IMG/VR virus record: IMGVR_UViG_3300031555_002904
Source: a virus
Taxonomy: Duplodnaviria; Heunggongvirae; Uroviricota; Caudoviricetes
Reading direction: 5' to 3' (one strand)
DNA: 64,000 bases
In this document: in pieces, positions 1-10,199 of the stretch
Position numbering within the stretch: the first letter of the stretch is position 1
Layout: every line of letters starts with the position of its first letter
Translations under genes and position numbers: made by a program
Notes under the pieces: model-generated
What the model saw: the letters and a program-made list of their open reading frames with translations, nothing else
Databases searched by the model: none
Told to the model about the DNA's origin: nothing

Positions 1-107
1 ATTGCCACAATTACTACAATTATTTTAGTAAATAAATAAAAAAAATGCTTGACAAATAAATCTTTGTGTGTTATAATAAAGACACAAAGAGAGAGAGGTA
101 AGACACA

Positions 108-416
108 ATGATCAATGTAAGAACAATCAAGAAGCTCGCTAACAATGAAGGCTTGACCATTAAGGCAGGCAAAGTCATCACATACAAGAGCGGCTGGCAG
201 GTCGCTGACTATGGTGTAGAAGCACACACAGCAGAAGAGTGCATCAAGGCAGTGCGTATGATGAAGGGCAACTGCGGTGTATGGTACAGTGATGGCGTGT
301 ACTACATCGACCACAGCTACCGAGTAAACACCAAGAGAGAGGCAATGTCCATTGGTAGAGCACACAATCAGATAAGCGTCCTTTGCTGGAAGACTATGGG
401 CTTAGCGTACTGCTAA
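108..416 (+). CDS. hypothetical phage protein
   Basis: ORF with GAGGT RBS, behind TTGACA-N17-TATAAT promoter. Confidence 0.75.
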   Translation: MINVRTIKKLANNEGLTIKAGKVITYKSGWQVADYGVEAHTAEECIKAVRMMKGNCGVWYSDGVYYIDHSYRVNTKREAMSIGRAHNQISVLCWKTMGLAYC

Positions 417-576
417 GCCTTTTTGCTACGCGCGCCCACGGATCTGGCGCGCGTTATTTGCGCTAAATAAAACCTACAGAAAAATAAAATTCTGCAAAAT
501 AATTTATAAAAAGGTATTGACAAATCCCGAAACCTGTGCTATAATACAGATACAAACAAGAAAGGAATTGATTACC

Positions 577-777
577 ATGAAAGAACAGATTAGAGAACTC
601 CTCGCCCACCATCCCAACGGACTTCGCCTGCGTGAGATTGCGATGTACCTGCAGGTCAATCGCTTCTCCCTCATCAACCTGCTTGATGAGTTGAAAAAGG
701 CGGGTGTCATCACTGGTATCGGAGTGAATAACTTCGTACAGGGTGAGAGTTACATCCTCTGGAAACTGGCAAAATAA
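577..777 (+). CDS. small winged-helix/HTH protein
   Basis: GLRLREIAMYLQVNRFSLINLLDELKKAGVI resembles wHTH; AAGGA RBS; own promoter. Confidence 0.6.
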   Translation: MKEQIRELLAHHPNGLRLREIAMYLQVNRFSLINLLDELKKAGVITGIGVNNFVQGESYILWKLAK

Positions 778-852
778 ATTGCCAGTTTCCAAAAAGAACT
801 CTTGACAAAATAAAACATCTGTGATACAATTAAGGTACAAAAAGGAAAGGAA

Positions 853-1041
853 ATGAATACCATGTACAAGACTTTACAGAACATTTACAAGCAACTGCGT
901 GAGCAACGCACCGCAATCTACTGCACGGACAATGATGACAATGCCGAGTATGTAGCAAACCACTTCCGCAAAGAGAAGTATAAAGTCGAAGTAAAGAACA
1001 ACTGCTGTGTGACCATCTCCAAAAGATGGTGGATGAAATAA
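853..1041 (+). CDS. hypothetical protein
   Basis: ORF, RBS, own promoter. Confidence 0.65.
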   Translation: MNTMYKTLQNIYKQLREQRTAIYCTDNDDNAEYVANHFRKEKYKVEVKNNCCVTISKRWWMK

Positions 1042-1054
1042 GGGGGTAAATAAA

Positions 1055-1363
1055 ATGACTACTATGAAAATGAGCTACCACGCAAGAGTTGAGCGACTGG
1101 ACCGACTGGTTGCTTGCATGACCCACATCGGCTACAATGAGTTTGCCTACGAAATCCCCGACCCTCGGTCTCCCAGCCACATCTACACCATCACCGACAC
1201 TGGCATTATTCTTGTGCGGGGGGCAGATGATGGAACAGTGGTAACTGGCTACATGGCTACCATCAAGAAGCTGACCGCAATCTTCAACGGCAATGTTCCT
1301 ACTGGTCTGAAAAAGGTTGTTGTCCGCAACGAAAAGAAATACGCATTTCTTCTGAAAATGTAA
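1055..1363 (+). CDS. hypothetical protein
   Basis: ORF with GGGGT RBS. Confidence 0.65.
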   Translation: MTTMKMSYHARVERLDRLVACMTHIGYNEFAYEIPDPRSPSHIYTITDTGIILVRGADDGTVVTGYMATIKKLTAIFNGNVPTGLKKVVVRNEKKYAFLLKM

Positions 1364-1433
1364 AAAATGGGGGTTGACAAAACCCCCAACCCATGTTATA
1401 ATTAAGGTACAAAAAAGAAAGAGGTACAGAGCA

Positions 1434-1616
1434 ATGACTGAATTTGAAATCATTAAGAAAGCACTGGCAAGAGTAAGAGCAGATGTAGAAATCTACGATT
1501 TCCCCACATCCAAAAGCATTCACATCCCTGTCGATACTCTGCTTGACCCCAACGCAGAACTGGAACTGGAATTTGATGGCGAAGGCAAGCTGATAAATAC
1601 TTTTGTTTGGGACTAA
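1434..1616 (+). CDS. hypothetical protein
   Basis: ATG after GAGGT RBS and promoter. Confidence 0.6.
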   Translation: MTEFEIIKKALARVRADVEIYDFPTSKSIHIPVDTLLDPNAELELEFDGEGKLINTFVWD

Positions 1617-1683
1617 AAAAGTCCTTGACAAATAGTAAATGTTGTGGTATAATACAAGTACAAAGAACAAGGAGTGATTGAAA

Positions 1684-1836
1684 ATGGCTAAGAAGAATAA
1701 GAAAGTCGACCGCAGAGCCTTCAAGAAAACTGGTGAAGAATTACAGCAATGGCTTATCTTCACTCGCAGAGGTAGCAAAGTCGAAAGCGGTAAGAAGTAC
1801 AACCGCCAAAAGTTCAAGAGAGGTGATAAAGAATGA
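1684..1836 (+). CDS. small basic hypothetical protein (50 aa)
   Basis: MAKKNKKVDRRAF... after AGGAG RBS and promoter; overlaps next start; below ORF-track cut-off. Confidence 0.55.
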   Translation: MAKKNKKVDRRAFKKTGEELQQWLIFTRRGSKVESGKKYNRQKFKRGDKE

Positions 1837-2111
1837 TGAATGAAGTCCGCTATGCAGACCTACTGGATAAACTGGGAGAAATGAGCCAAGCCCAGTTGGC
1901 AGGTCTGCTAACCGCCACAGAAGACCGAATGACAGAACGGCTCGACCGCTTCAAGTATCTGTGCGGACAGGTCAAGATGTATCTCGATGTAATTTTCGAA
2001 GAGTTCCCCAACTCTAAACTGCCATTGACCAAAACCACCGCAGGCGAAATTGATTTAATGGACTACATCGTGCCAAGCGATTTCGTAGAAAAATGTGAAA
2101 TTGGGGATTGA
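1833..2111 (+). CDS. hypothetical protein
   Basis: ORF, GAGGT RBS. Confidence 0.6.
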   Translation: MMNEVRYADLLDKLGEMSQAQLAGLLTATEDRMTERLDRFKYLCGQVKMYLDVIFEEFPNSKLPLTKTTAGEIDLMDYIVPSDFVEKCEIGD

Positions 2112-2158
2112 CAAATCCCCAATTCTATGCTATAATCAAGGTACAAAAACGAAAGGAA

Positions 2159-2464
2159 ATGATGAAGATGAAAGCAACTGGTATCATTCGTAGAGTGGAT
2201 GACCTCGGCAGAGTGGTTATCCCCAAGGAAATCCGCAGAACTCTGAAAATCAAAGAGGGCGACCCCCTTGAGATTTATACCGAAAGGGATGCGGTTGTGT
2301 TCAAGAAGTACGGGGTTGACCTCGTTGGTGAGGCTAACTCCCTTTTGGAGAATGTGGTCTGCTATCTCGACGCAGACGCACCCTGCCGTGATGAAGTGCG
2401 GATGGCACTTGAACGGGTAGTTCTCCTGCTGAAGAAACAGAAGAAGGAGGAAGAACAATGGTGA
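2159..2464 (+). CDS. AbrB/SpoVT-family swapped-hairpin transcription regulator
   Basis: MKATGIIRRVDDLGRVVIPKEIRRTLKIKEGDPLEIY is the AbrB/SpoVT N-terminal signature. Confidence 0.9.
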   Translation: MMKMKATGIIRRVDDLGRVVIPKEIRRTLKIKEGDPLEIYTERDAVVFKKYGVDLVGEANSLLENVVCYLDADAPCRDEVRMALERVVLLLKKQKKEEEQW

Positions 2465-2694
2465 AGATACTCGACCAGCGCCAAGAGCGCGGTATCCGCT
2501 TCAGCGAGATAAGTAAGGGGCAGACCTTTTGGTCTCCTACTTACCTCTGCTTCATGCTGAAAATTGAAGAGTGCGGTTGCGATGAGTGCGACGGCTTTGT
2601 AAATGCGGTCAGCCTGTCCGAGGGCAGTATCTACGGCATTGAGCCGACCGAAATCGTTGAGCCGTGTCACGCAGAAATCAAAATCTTCAACTGA
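2458..2694 (+). CDS. hypothetical protein
   Basis: ORF with GGAGG RBS, followed by terminator hairpin. Confidence 0.6.
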   Translation: MVKILDQRQERGIRFSEISKGQTFWSPTYLCFMLKIEECGCDECDGFVNAVSLSEGSIYGIEPTEIVEPCHAEIKIFN

Positions 2695-2720
2695 GCGAGG
2701 GGTCAAACCCTCGCTTTTTC
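2694..2720 (+). terminator. intrinsic terminator
   Basis: AGCGAGGG..CCCTCGCT hairpin plus T run; near-identical copy at 11564-11587. Confidence 0.7.
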
Positions 2721-3470
2721 TATTGAATTTTCGGCCGCGCGCCCACGATTGTCATGGGCGCGAATTTCCATTATACCACAGCCCCAGCAATTTGTCAATA
2801 GGCAATTTCAACAAAATAATCATCCCACAAAATCCCGAATTTGTGCAACATTACCAGTTGACTTTGTGTGCGGTCTGTGGTATACTATCATTGTCAAGAG
2901 GGAACGCAAACTGTGGCGCGAATGTAGCGCCCGATTCAGGAGAAGCGGTACCGACAATAACAGAGCGAAAAAAGTTGAAAAAATTTCAATTTCCCTCTTG
3001 ACAAATCACCCAAGTTGTGATACAATAAGGGTGTCAAGGGGGAGGGAAACCCCAATCGAGTATCCTCCCCAGTAGCTCCCTCGCGAAAAGGTGAGAAAAA
3101 GTTGGGAAAACCCCTTGACAAATCCCTTAGAGTGTGATACAATAAGGGTACAAAAGGCGAGGGTAAGGCAACCGCGAAGATGGCGGATTCCCACGAGAGT
3201 ATGTAAGACCATTACCCGATGACCCGACCGCAAGGTGTTCCTGTTTGCGGTATACAAATGTGAACCAGACCCCACAGGCTGAAAAAATGTTGGGGATACG
3301 CAGGATACAAAAGCCACCACCCCTACTGCGGGAGAAGGAAAACTACCCCGGAAAACCACGAGGTTCTCGCCAAGTATCTTCTCGGAAAAATATAAGACTT
3401 GGCAAAAAAAATGCTTGACAAACAAATCAAGTTGTGCTATAATTAGAGCATCAAAGGAAGCCGAAAGGAA

Positions 3471-4088
3471 ATGATTGAAATGGTACACGCAATTCACCCC
3501 ACCCCCACCCTCACAATGCAGGACTACCGCAATGGAAATGACCTTGTTGGTGCATACAAGAGATACCAGTCAGCCACTAAGAATTGGCAAGGTCGTTGGT
3601 GGAAAGTAGTCGAGGACATTTTCAATGCCTGCACCGCCTGGGCAAAATACTTCATCCTTGACCCCATCAAGCGAGAGCTGAAAAAGTTGGGCAGAGGTCG
3701 CATCCCAAATCCTGCCACTCTTGTCAATCACAATCTGATTTTTAATGTTCCGGCAGAGGGTTGCGGTGCTTACATCGTTCAGCATTTCAACAAGAAAGGC
3801 AAGCACCTGTGGATTAAATGCGGAAAGGCTGACGATGCAATCCGCAGACTAAATCAGCATTTCACAGTTGACTACGCAAACGAAGCTGACAGCGGTGTGG
3901 TGCTTGGTTGGTATCCCTGCAAAAATAAAAATCACGCACTCGCTATGGAAGATGTTATCCGTGACCACTTCGAGAAAAAAGGTCTGACCCTCTTGGGCAA
4001 TGACCGCTTCCCCGAACTGCGAGAAATCACCGCAGAAGATGTGGCAGAACTCAACCGCAAGGCTGAAATTTTGGCAACGATTTTCTAA
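3471..4088 (+). CDS. GIY-YIG-like nuclease-domain protein
   Basis: GAYIV...WIKCGKA...RRLNQH...ME pattern typical of the GIY-YIG superfamily. Confidence 0.45.
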   Translation: MIEMVHAIHPTPTLTMQDYRNGNDLVGAYKRYQSATKNWQGRWWKVVEDIFNACTAWAKYFILDPIKRELKKLGRGRIPNPATLVNHNLIFNVPAEGCGAYIVQHFNKKGKHLWIKCGKADDAIRRLNQHFTVDYANEADSGVVLGWYPCKNKNHALAMEDVIRDHFEKKGLTLLGNDRFPELREITAEDVAELNRKAEILATIF

Positions 4089-4157
4089 AAATAAGGCTTG
4101 ACAAACTCCCAAATCTATGATACAATAACAGTACCAAAAGGAAAGGAACTGAATACT

Positions 4158-4565
4158 ATGGACAGCTTACAAACTATTCTCTACAATGTTTCCGCAGGTG
4201 TGGAACTCTCTCCCTCGCAGGTGCGTGAACTCTCCGCACTGGTTTCCCTCGGCTTCAACACAAGAGGTCGCATCGACAGAGACTACGAACTGCGCTCCGA
4301 CATTCTCGCAACAATGCCCCTCGGTGTGCCTCTGCGTGTAAAGGAAATCCAAGCACGCAACGGCAAAGTTGACGACTACTCGGTGCAGAAAGTCGCCGCC
4401 GCACTCAAGGCTCTGGTGTGGGCTGGTGTGGTCGAACGGCAGAAAACCGATGAAGTCGAAAAGGTTACCATTCAGCGGTGGGTTGGTTGGAAGAGGGGCG
4501 TTTCCTCTCCTTACAAGGACGAAGAAATCCTCGTTCCCATCATCAAGTTTGTGCGGATTATCTGA
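4158..4565 (+). CDS. hypothetical protein, possible wHTH
   Basis: SVQKVAAALKALVWAGVVER resembles the wHTH motif of the 8209/12029/30983 paralogs. Confidence 0.55.
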   Translation: MDSLQTILYNVSAGVELSPSQVRELSALVSLGFNTRGRIDRDYELRSDILATMPLGVPLRVKEIQARNGKVDDYSVQKVAAALKALVWAGVVERQKTDEVEKVTIQRWVGWKRGVSSPYKDEEILVPIIKFVRII

Positions 4566-4614
4566 AAATGGGGGTTGACAAAACCCCCACAATCTGCTAT
4601 AATAATGCCAAGAG

Positions 4615-4854
4615 GTGAGAACAATGAAAACAGCGGCTCAAATCGCCCAAGAGTGGCAAGCGCAGTTGAGAGACCCGCGCATTCGTTGCCCTAACTGCGG
4701 AAGTAGCGCCCAAGCGGAACTGGTATACCTGGACTCAACAAGCAACCACAAAGACAAAACAGACGAATACATTTGCGGGTGCGGGTGTCGGTTTTCGGCA
4801 CGCTTTGCACTCATTCAAACCGACATACTGGAAATCGAAGCGCCCTATCATTAG
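4615..4854 (+). CDS. zinc-ribbon protein
   Basis: CPNCG...CGCG; ends at a TAG inside a hairpin. Confidence 0.55.
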   Translation: MRTMKTAAQIAQEWQAQLRDPRIRCPNCGSSAQAELVYLDSTSNHKDKTDEYICGCGCRFSARFALIQTDILEIEAPYH

Positions 4855-5029
4855 GGCGCAATTTTCAGCTCAAAATTCGGCGGCGCGCTATCGGTCCTGG
4901 CGCGCCGATTTTCGTCAGAATAACCAACCCCAGGATTTATTTTGGGGAATAATTTGTGCAAATTGATTATTGACAAATCCCATAATGCGTGTTATAATTA
5001 AGACACAAAGAACAAAGGAGATGCAAACT

Positions 5030-5185
5030 ATGTGGATTTTCGCAGTAATTAGTGCCATTCTTGGCTTAGGATGCATTAGCTATAATCAAGAGAATAATGT
5101 CAAGCACAACATTCTGCTTGGCTTCGTTGGCTACACCCTTGCGGTGCTTGTACCAGTTGCAATAATTGGCGGATTTTATTTCTAA
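5030..5185 (+). CDS. small two-TM membrane protein
   Basis: two hydrophobic stretches, AGGAG RBS. Confidence 0.55.
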   Translation: MWIFAVISAILGLGCISYNQENNVKHNILLGFVGYTLAVLVPVAIIGGFYF

Positions 5186-5243
5186 AAACCCCTTGACAAA
5201 TAGTAAATGATGTGCTATAATTAAGGTACAAAAAGGAAAGGAA

Positions 5244-5702
5244 ATGAAAACTATGAAGACTATGAACATCACCATCAACTTCGATATGGACGGAACAATC
5301 GCTGACCTGTACGCAAACCCCAACTGGTTGCCCCTGCTCCGAGCCTACGACCCCACTCCCTACGCAACGGCAAAGCCTCTGCTCCGCTTGTGCGACCTCG
5401 CCCGCAAGCTGAATACTCTCCAGAGAAACGGCTACCGCATTGCGGTAATCAGCTGGCTCAGCAAGGAAAGCACTGCCGAGTATGATGAAGCCGTTACCAA
5501 TGCAAAACTGGAATGGCTTGCAAAGCACCTGCCGAGCGTCAACTGGGACGAAATCACAATCGTTCCCTATGGCACTCCGAAAGAAAATTTCTGCCACAAC
5601 CCCCTTGACATTCTGTTTGACGATGAAGAACGCAACAGAAACAACTGGACGGGCAGAGCCTATGGAGTTGAAAACATCTTGGAAATTCTCAGAGAAATCT
5701 GA
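5244..5702 (+). CDS. HAD-superfamily 5'(3')-nucleotidase-like hydrolase
   Basis: FDMDGT motif I, K, and LFDDE motif IV. Confidence 0.8.
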   Translation: MKTMKTMNITINFDMDGTIADLYANPNWLPLLRAYDPTPYATAKPLLRLCDLARKLNTLQRNGYRIAVISWLSKESTAEYDEAVTNAKLEWLAKHLPSVNWDEITIVPYGTPKENFCHNPLDILFDDEERNRNNWTGRAYGVENILEILREI

Positions 5703-5882
5703 GAATTTTTTTTGTGCATTTTGCCTATTGACTTTTGAGCCGAGCGCGCACGGCCCACGCGCTCGGAATTTGGCATAATAAACAACCCAGGCAATTATTT
5801 TAGGCAAAACTTTGTGCAATATTCACAATTGACATTTCCCGCAATGTGTGATAGAATACTATCAGAAAGTGAGGCGAGAAGA

Positions 5883-6047
5883 ATGCTGAAACGAGGAACT
5901 AAGTTCCGCATTGCCCCTTACGGTGTGTGCGTGGTGTCCAGTTACGATGATACCAGCGGTAAATACATTATGAGGGTGTGGAACTCAAGCGAAACTTTTT
6001 ACGCAAGTGCGGAAGAAATTGAAAAAAAGTGCTTGACAAACCGTTAA
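5883..6047 (+). CDS. hypothetical protein
   Basis: ATG after GAGG RBS and promoter. Confidence 0.5.
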   Translation: MLKRGTKFRIAPYGVCVVSSYDDTSGKYIMRVWNSSETFYASAEEIEKKCLTNR

Positions 6048-6124
6048 ATCTATGATACAATGTACTCACAGTTGAGGGAGCGACGGCAAACCCACAACAC
6101 ACTAATGAAACGAGGTAAAGACCA

Positions 6125-6787
6125 ATGAAAACAATGTACGCAACCCTTGATACCGAAACAGTTGGCGGTATCGACCACCCCAAGGGATTTTACAATGTGG
6201 GTGTGGTTATCCACGATAGAGAGGGCAACATCTGTGCGACCACTTCTCTGTTGGTGATGGAGTTCTATGACGAAATCAAGAACGACGACTACGCAAAGAA
6301 GAATTTCCACATCTATGCCGAGCGACTGGCAAGGGGCGAAATCTCCGCAGTTGCCACCGAAGCCGAAGCACTCAACATCGTGCGAAATCTCCTGCGTTTT
6401 TATAATGTCAAGTACATCTGTGCTTACAATTCCGCTTTTGACCTCTGCAAGACCTGTTGCCGTGAGTTGGCTGACGAGTTCCAGTTCATCGACCTTTGGT
6501 TGATGGCATTGCAGACCATTACTCATCAGAAAGGCTATGCCAAGTTCTGTCGAGAGAATGGCTACAAGTCCAAGGGTGGAAAGACTTGTGCCACCTCTGC
6601 CGAAAGTGTGTACGCATACATCAGCGGAAATGGTGAGTACATCGAGGAACACACCGCACTGGCTGACGCACTGATTGAAATGGCAATCTTTGTGCGGTGT
6701 GTCCGCACCCACAAGCACTATACAAAGAATGTGCATTGTTGGGATTGCACCGAGCGAAACAAGGTATTCCCCAAGTGGGCGGTGTAA
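6125..6787 (+). CDS. DEDDh 3'-5' exonuclease
   Basis: LDTET (ExoI), AYNSAFD (ExoII), HTALADA (ExoIII). Confidence 0.85.
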   Translation: MKTMYATLDTETVGGIDHPKGFYNVGVVIHDREGNICATTSLLVMEFYDEIKNDDYAKKNFHIYAERLARGEISAVATEAEALNIVRNLLRFYNVKYICAYNSAFDLCKTCCRELADEFQFIDLWLMALQTITHQKGYAKFCRENGYKSKGGKTCATSAESVYAYISGNGEYIEEHTALADALIEMAIFVRCVRTHKHYTKNVHCWDCTERNKVFPKWAV

Positions 6788-6884
6788 CAACCGCCCAACC
6801 CCCAAAAAAAAGTTGAAAAAACCTCTTGACAAACCGCCAAAAGTGTGCTATAATGAGTTCATCAAAGGAAAGGAACTGATAACT

Positions 6885-7376
6885 ATGAAAAACTTCAACT
6901 ACTCTGTCATCATCACTACCGAGGACAACCGCTTCACCTACGAAACGAATGATGTGCGTGAGGCAATCCGAGCCGTGTTTGAGTGCGACTTCGAGGACGC
7001 TCACATCTGCATTTGCAACGGCTACACGGGCGAGGTTCTGTACCACAATGGTGAAGAGCCGTGGTGTACCGATGAAATGGCACTGATGATGCTCGGCTTT
7101 GTGGTCGAGCAGGCAGGTGCCGAGGAAGAAGAGGACGAGGACAGCAACCTGCCCACCTGCGGAATGTGCGGTGGTGATGTGGTTAATGGGGTCTGTGAGT
7201 TCTGCGGTCGCAAGGTCGAACCCTACACCGAACGCATCCCCTACATTGGTGAGGTAATGGTTGCTCTTGCCAAGCAGATGGCTGACGAGCTGGGGGTTGA
7301 GGTTATCCCCCTGCCCGGCAGGGACTTGGATGTGTCCCCTTGCTTACTCCCCATTCCCAAGGATCTGCCCTCCTAA
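6885..7376 (+). CDS. hypothetical acidic protein with Zn ribbon
   Basis: CGMCGG..CEFCG; start after promoter and AAGGA RBS. Confidence 0.6.
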   Translation: MKNFNYSVIITTEDNRFTYETNDVREAIRAVFECDFEDAHICICNGYTGEVLYHNGEEPWCTDEMALMMLGFVVEQAGAEEEEDEDSNLPTCGMCGGDVVNGVCEFCGRKVEPYTERIPYIGEVMVALAKQMADELGVEVIPLPGRDLDVSPCLLPIPKDLPS

Positions 7377-8208
7377 TGGCTCTTGAGGGGTCGAGCCAAT
7401 CGACCCCATCCCACTTGAAAATCCGCTTGGTGGTGCTTGCGGATTAGACAATTCATAATCTCCTTTCTGGCGGTCCGCCACTCCAAAATGGGGTGGCGGA
7501 TTGTCGGCTTTTTCGGCGACTCGCTCACGGGCGCGCGAGCCGAAATTTTATTATACCACAGACCCCAGCAATTTGTCAATAGGCAAACCGCACAAATAAA
7601 TCAGCGCAAAATCTCCCATAATTGTGCAACATTACCACTTGCATTTTGGCTCAAGATGTGATAGAATACTATTGTCAAGAGGGGACAGCAACTCCCCACA
7701 GCCGTGAGGTTGAGCCACAGAATGGCGAAAAAAAGTTGAAAAAACCTCTTGACAAACGGCACAAGATGTGCTATAATGAGTATGTCAAGAGGGGACAGCA
7801 ACTCCACTCGGTAGGTCGGGTCAAGTTGATGGACAGACCGAAACGAAAAAAAGTTGAAAAAACCTCTTGACAAACCCCACAAAGTGTGGTATAATGAGTG
7901 TGTCAAGAGGGGAACACATCGAGATACTCCCCTATGGATTGGTGGAAACGGAAACACTGCGGATTGAAACCAAGACCCATTGACCAAGTATGTTCGCCAA
8001 AGGGTAGAACGAACGGCAGAATGGTGCGGTAGACTCAGGGCAAGTAAGGACAGAATACAATCCCAATGACGGCATGAGGTCTGTTGTATAATGAAAAAAG
8101 TCCGGAATTTTTTCAGAAAACCTCTTGACAAATTCAACCACTTGTGGTATAATCTAAATGTAATCAAGGACAGGTTCAAGTCCCTAAAACCGAAAGGAAT
8201 TGATAACT

Positions 8209-8583
8209 ATGGCTAACACTACCTCTACCCCCAAGCTGACCAAGACTCAGAAGTTCGCTATCATCGCCGAACTGCCCGAGGTCAAGTCCAATCCCATGCT
8301 GAGCGAGTTCATCGCCCATGAGGTGGAACTGCTCAACAAGAAGAACTCCGCTGAGAAGAAGCCCACCGCTCAGCAGACTGCCAACGAGGGCATCAAGACC
8401 GCCATTCTGAACGGCATGGAGAGCGGTAAGGCGTACACCGTCACCGAGATCATCAAGTCCGTTCCCGAGTGTGCCGACCTCACCAACCAGCGTGTTTCCG
8501 CTCTGATGCGTCAGATGGTGGAGAGCGGTGCGGTGGTGCGTACCGAGGACAAGCGGAAAGCCTACTTTACCAAGGTAGGCTAA
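8209..8583 (+). CDS. wHTH DNA-binding protein (paralog of 12029-12403)
   Basis: LTNQRVSALMRQMVESGAVVR wHTH; strong codon bias. Confidence 0.75.
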   Translation: MANTTSTPKLTKTQKFAIIAELPEVKSNPMLSEFIAHEVELLNKKNSAEKKPTAQQTANEGIKTAILNGMESGKAYTVTEIIKSVPECADLTNQRVSALMRQMVESGAVVRTEDKRKAYFTKVG

Positions 8584-8692
8584 GCCGACCGCCCAAGGGG
8601 GAGAGAAATCTCCCCCACCCACCCCGAAAAAAGTGCTTGACAATCGGGGTAAACTGTGCTATACTGTAAGTACAGAAAGGAAGTGAACCCCG

Positions 8693-9046
8693 ATGGAAGA
8701 GAAAATCCAAAAGCTGATGAAGTCGCTGAACATCAGCCGAGAAGAGGCAATCGACCTCATCGAAGAAGATAAGCGAATCGACAGGGGCGAAAAGTTGTAC
8801 GAACTTGACCCCGAACTGGAAAAGGGTGCGAAAAAGGCAAGACAAGCCGACCGCAAGAAGTCCGACACTCCCACCAAGAGAGAGCGAAAGCCGAAACCCG
8901 AAAAGGCTGAAATCTGCTCCGCTATGATGGCAGGACTTGCGGAACTGGGTGTGGCTGATTTCAACATCACCAACCCCGAGCGAGAGTTCCTATTCACCCA
9001 CAACGGCACGAAGTACAAGGTCACCCTTGCGTGCCCCCGTTCCTAA
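8693..9046 (+). CDS. hypothetical protein (paralog of 12502-12870)
   Basis: shared SREEA..EDK.IDRGEK motif. Confidence 0.7.
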   Translation: MEEKIQKLMKSLNISREEAIDLIEEDKRIDRGEKLYELDPELEKGAKKARQADRKKSDTPTKRERKPKPEKAEICSAMMAGLAELGVADFNITNPEREFLFTHNGTKYKVTLACPRS

Positions 9047-9382
9047 GGCTCTCTGAGTGGGGTCGAGCCTATCGACCCCCATCCCAGCGGGGCAGAAAGA
9101 AGACTGCCCAACTGCGGCAAGGGGGTTTTACTGTGGTCGTAGAGCCTAGCCAACCGAATCAAACTCCGAAAAAACTCCCCAGTGTTTGACCACGGCACTG
9201 GGGAGCGGTTTTGTGCATTTTGACGAAAAATTTGGCCGGGCGCTGACGTGCGTGGCGCCCGGAATTTGCATTATTATACATCCCACACAAATTTTTATTC
9301 AGAAAAAAAGTTTTACAAAACCCCTTGACAAATCCCGAAAGGTGTGCTATAATTTAGATACAAACCAAGGAGGTAATGACCT

Positions 9383-9598
9383 ATGATGAACTGCTTAATC
9401 AACCAACTCGACCTGCACCTGCATAACTGCAAAAAGTTCGGTGAGAACCACTTCCCCACCGCCCGCACCTACTTCGACCAAGCTTTTGGTATGTTACTGA
9501 TGGCTTGTGCCTACGACCCCAACAACTGTGCCAAGTATGAACAGCTGTGGAACGAAACCTACAAACCTGCTTTTGAAAAAATAGTTTTCAAAATCTAA
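9383..9598 (+). CDS. hypothetical protein
   Basis: GGAGG RBS, own promoter. Confidence 0.6.
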   Translation: MMNCLINQLDLHLHNCKKFGENHFPTARTYFDQAFGMLLMACAYDPNNCAKYEQLWNETYKPAFEKIVFKI

Positions 9599-9698
9599 AA
9601 AAAGGGGTTGACAAACCCCACAAAGTATGCTATAATGTAATCACGGTTGGGGGAGCGATGGCAAACCCCCAATACAAAAATGAAATGAGGTAACTACT

Positions 9699-10142
9699 AT
9701 GTATCGTAACACTTTTTCTCACACTGTCCCCACCATGTTCGCACTGGCAAAGGTAACCGAGCAGTTTCTGCAGAGCCTGCCTGCCGAGTTCACCAAGAAG
9801 CAGTTTGACGAACTGCGTAAGAGTTGCAAGGAACATCCGCTGAGCCTGCAGACCTGCCGCGAGTATGGCTTCATCGTTGTAGCTCGCACCGAGCCTGCCA
9901 CCTACACCAAGGAAGAGAGTGTGTGGGTTGACTCCAAGGGTCGCAAGTACAACGAAGAGGAAATGGGTCTGTTTGACCGCAGAGCCATCGCCACTCTGTT
10001 TGACCGCCCGGACTTTGTAGACAGATGGGGTTCTATCTACACTCTGCCTTACCACGAAGAGCCTGTGGAACACGCCTGCGAGCGTAACATCTTCCGTTTC
10101 AATGTGGAAAAGTTCAAGCGTTTTCTCGCAGAAAACGCTTGA
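9699..10142 (+). CDS. hypothetical protein
   Basis: GAGGT RBS, own promoter. Confidence 0.65.
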   Translation: MYRNTFSHTVPTMFALAKVTEQFLQSLPAEFTKKQFDELRKSCKEHPLSLQTCREYGFIVVARTEPATYTKEESVWVDSKGRKYNEEEMGLFDRRAIATLFDRPDFVDRWGSIYTLPYHEEPVEHACERNIFRFNVEKFKRFLAENA

Positions 10143-10199
10143 CAAATCCCCCAAAGTGTGCTATAATCAAAGTACCAAAAGACGAAAGGAAATGATACT

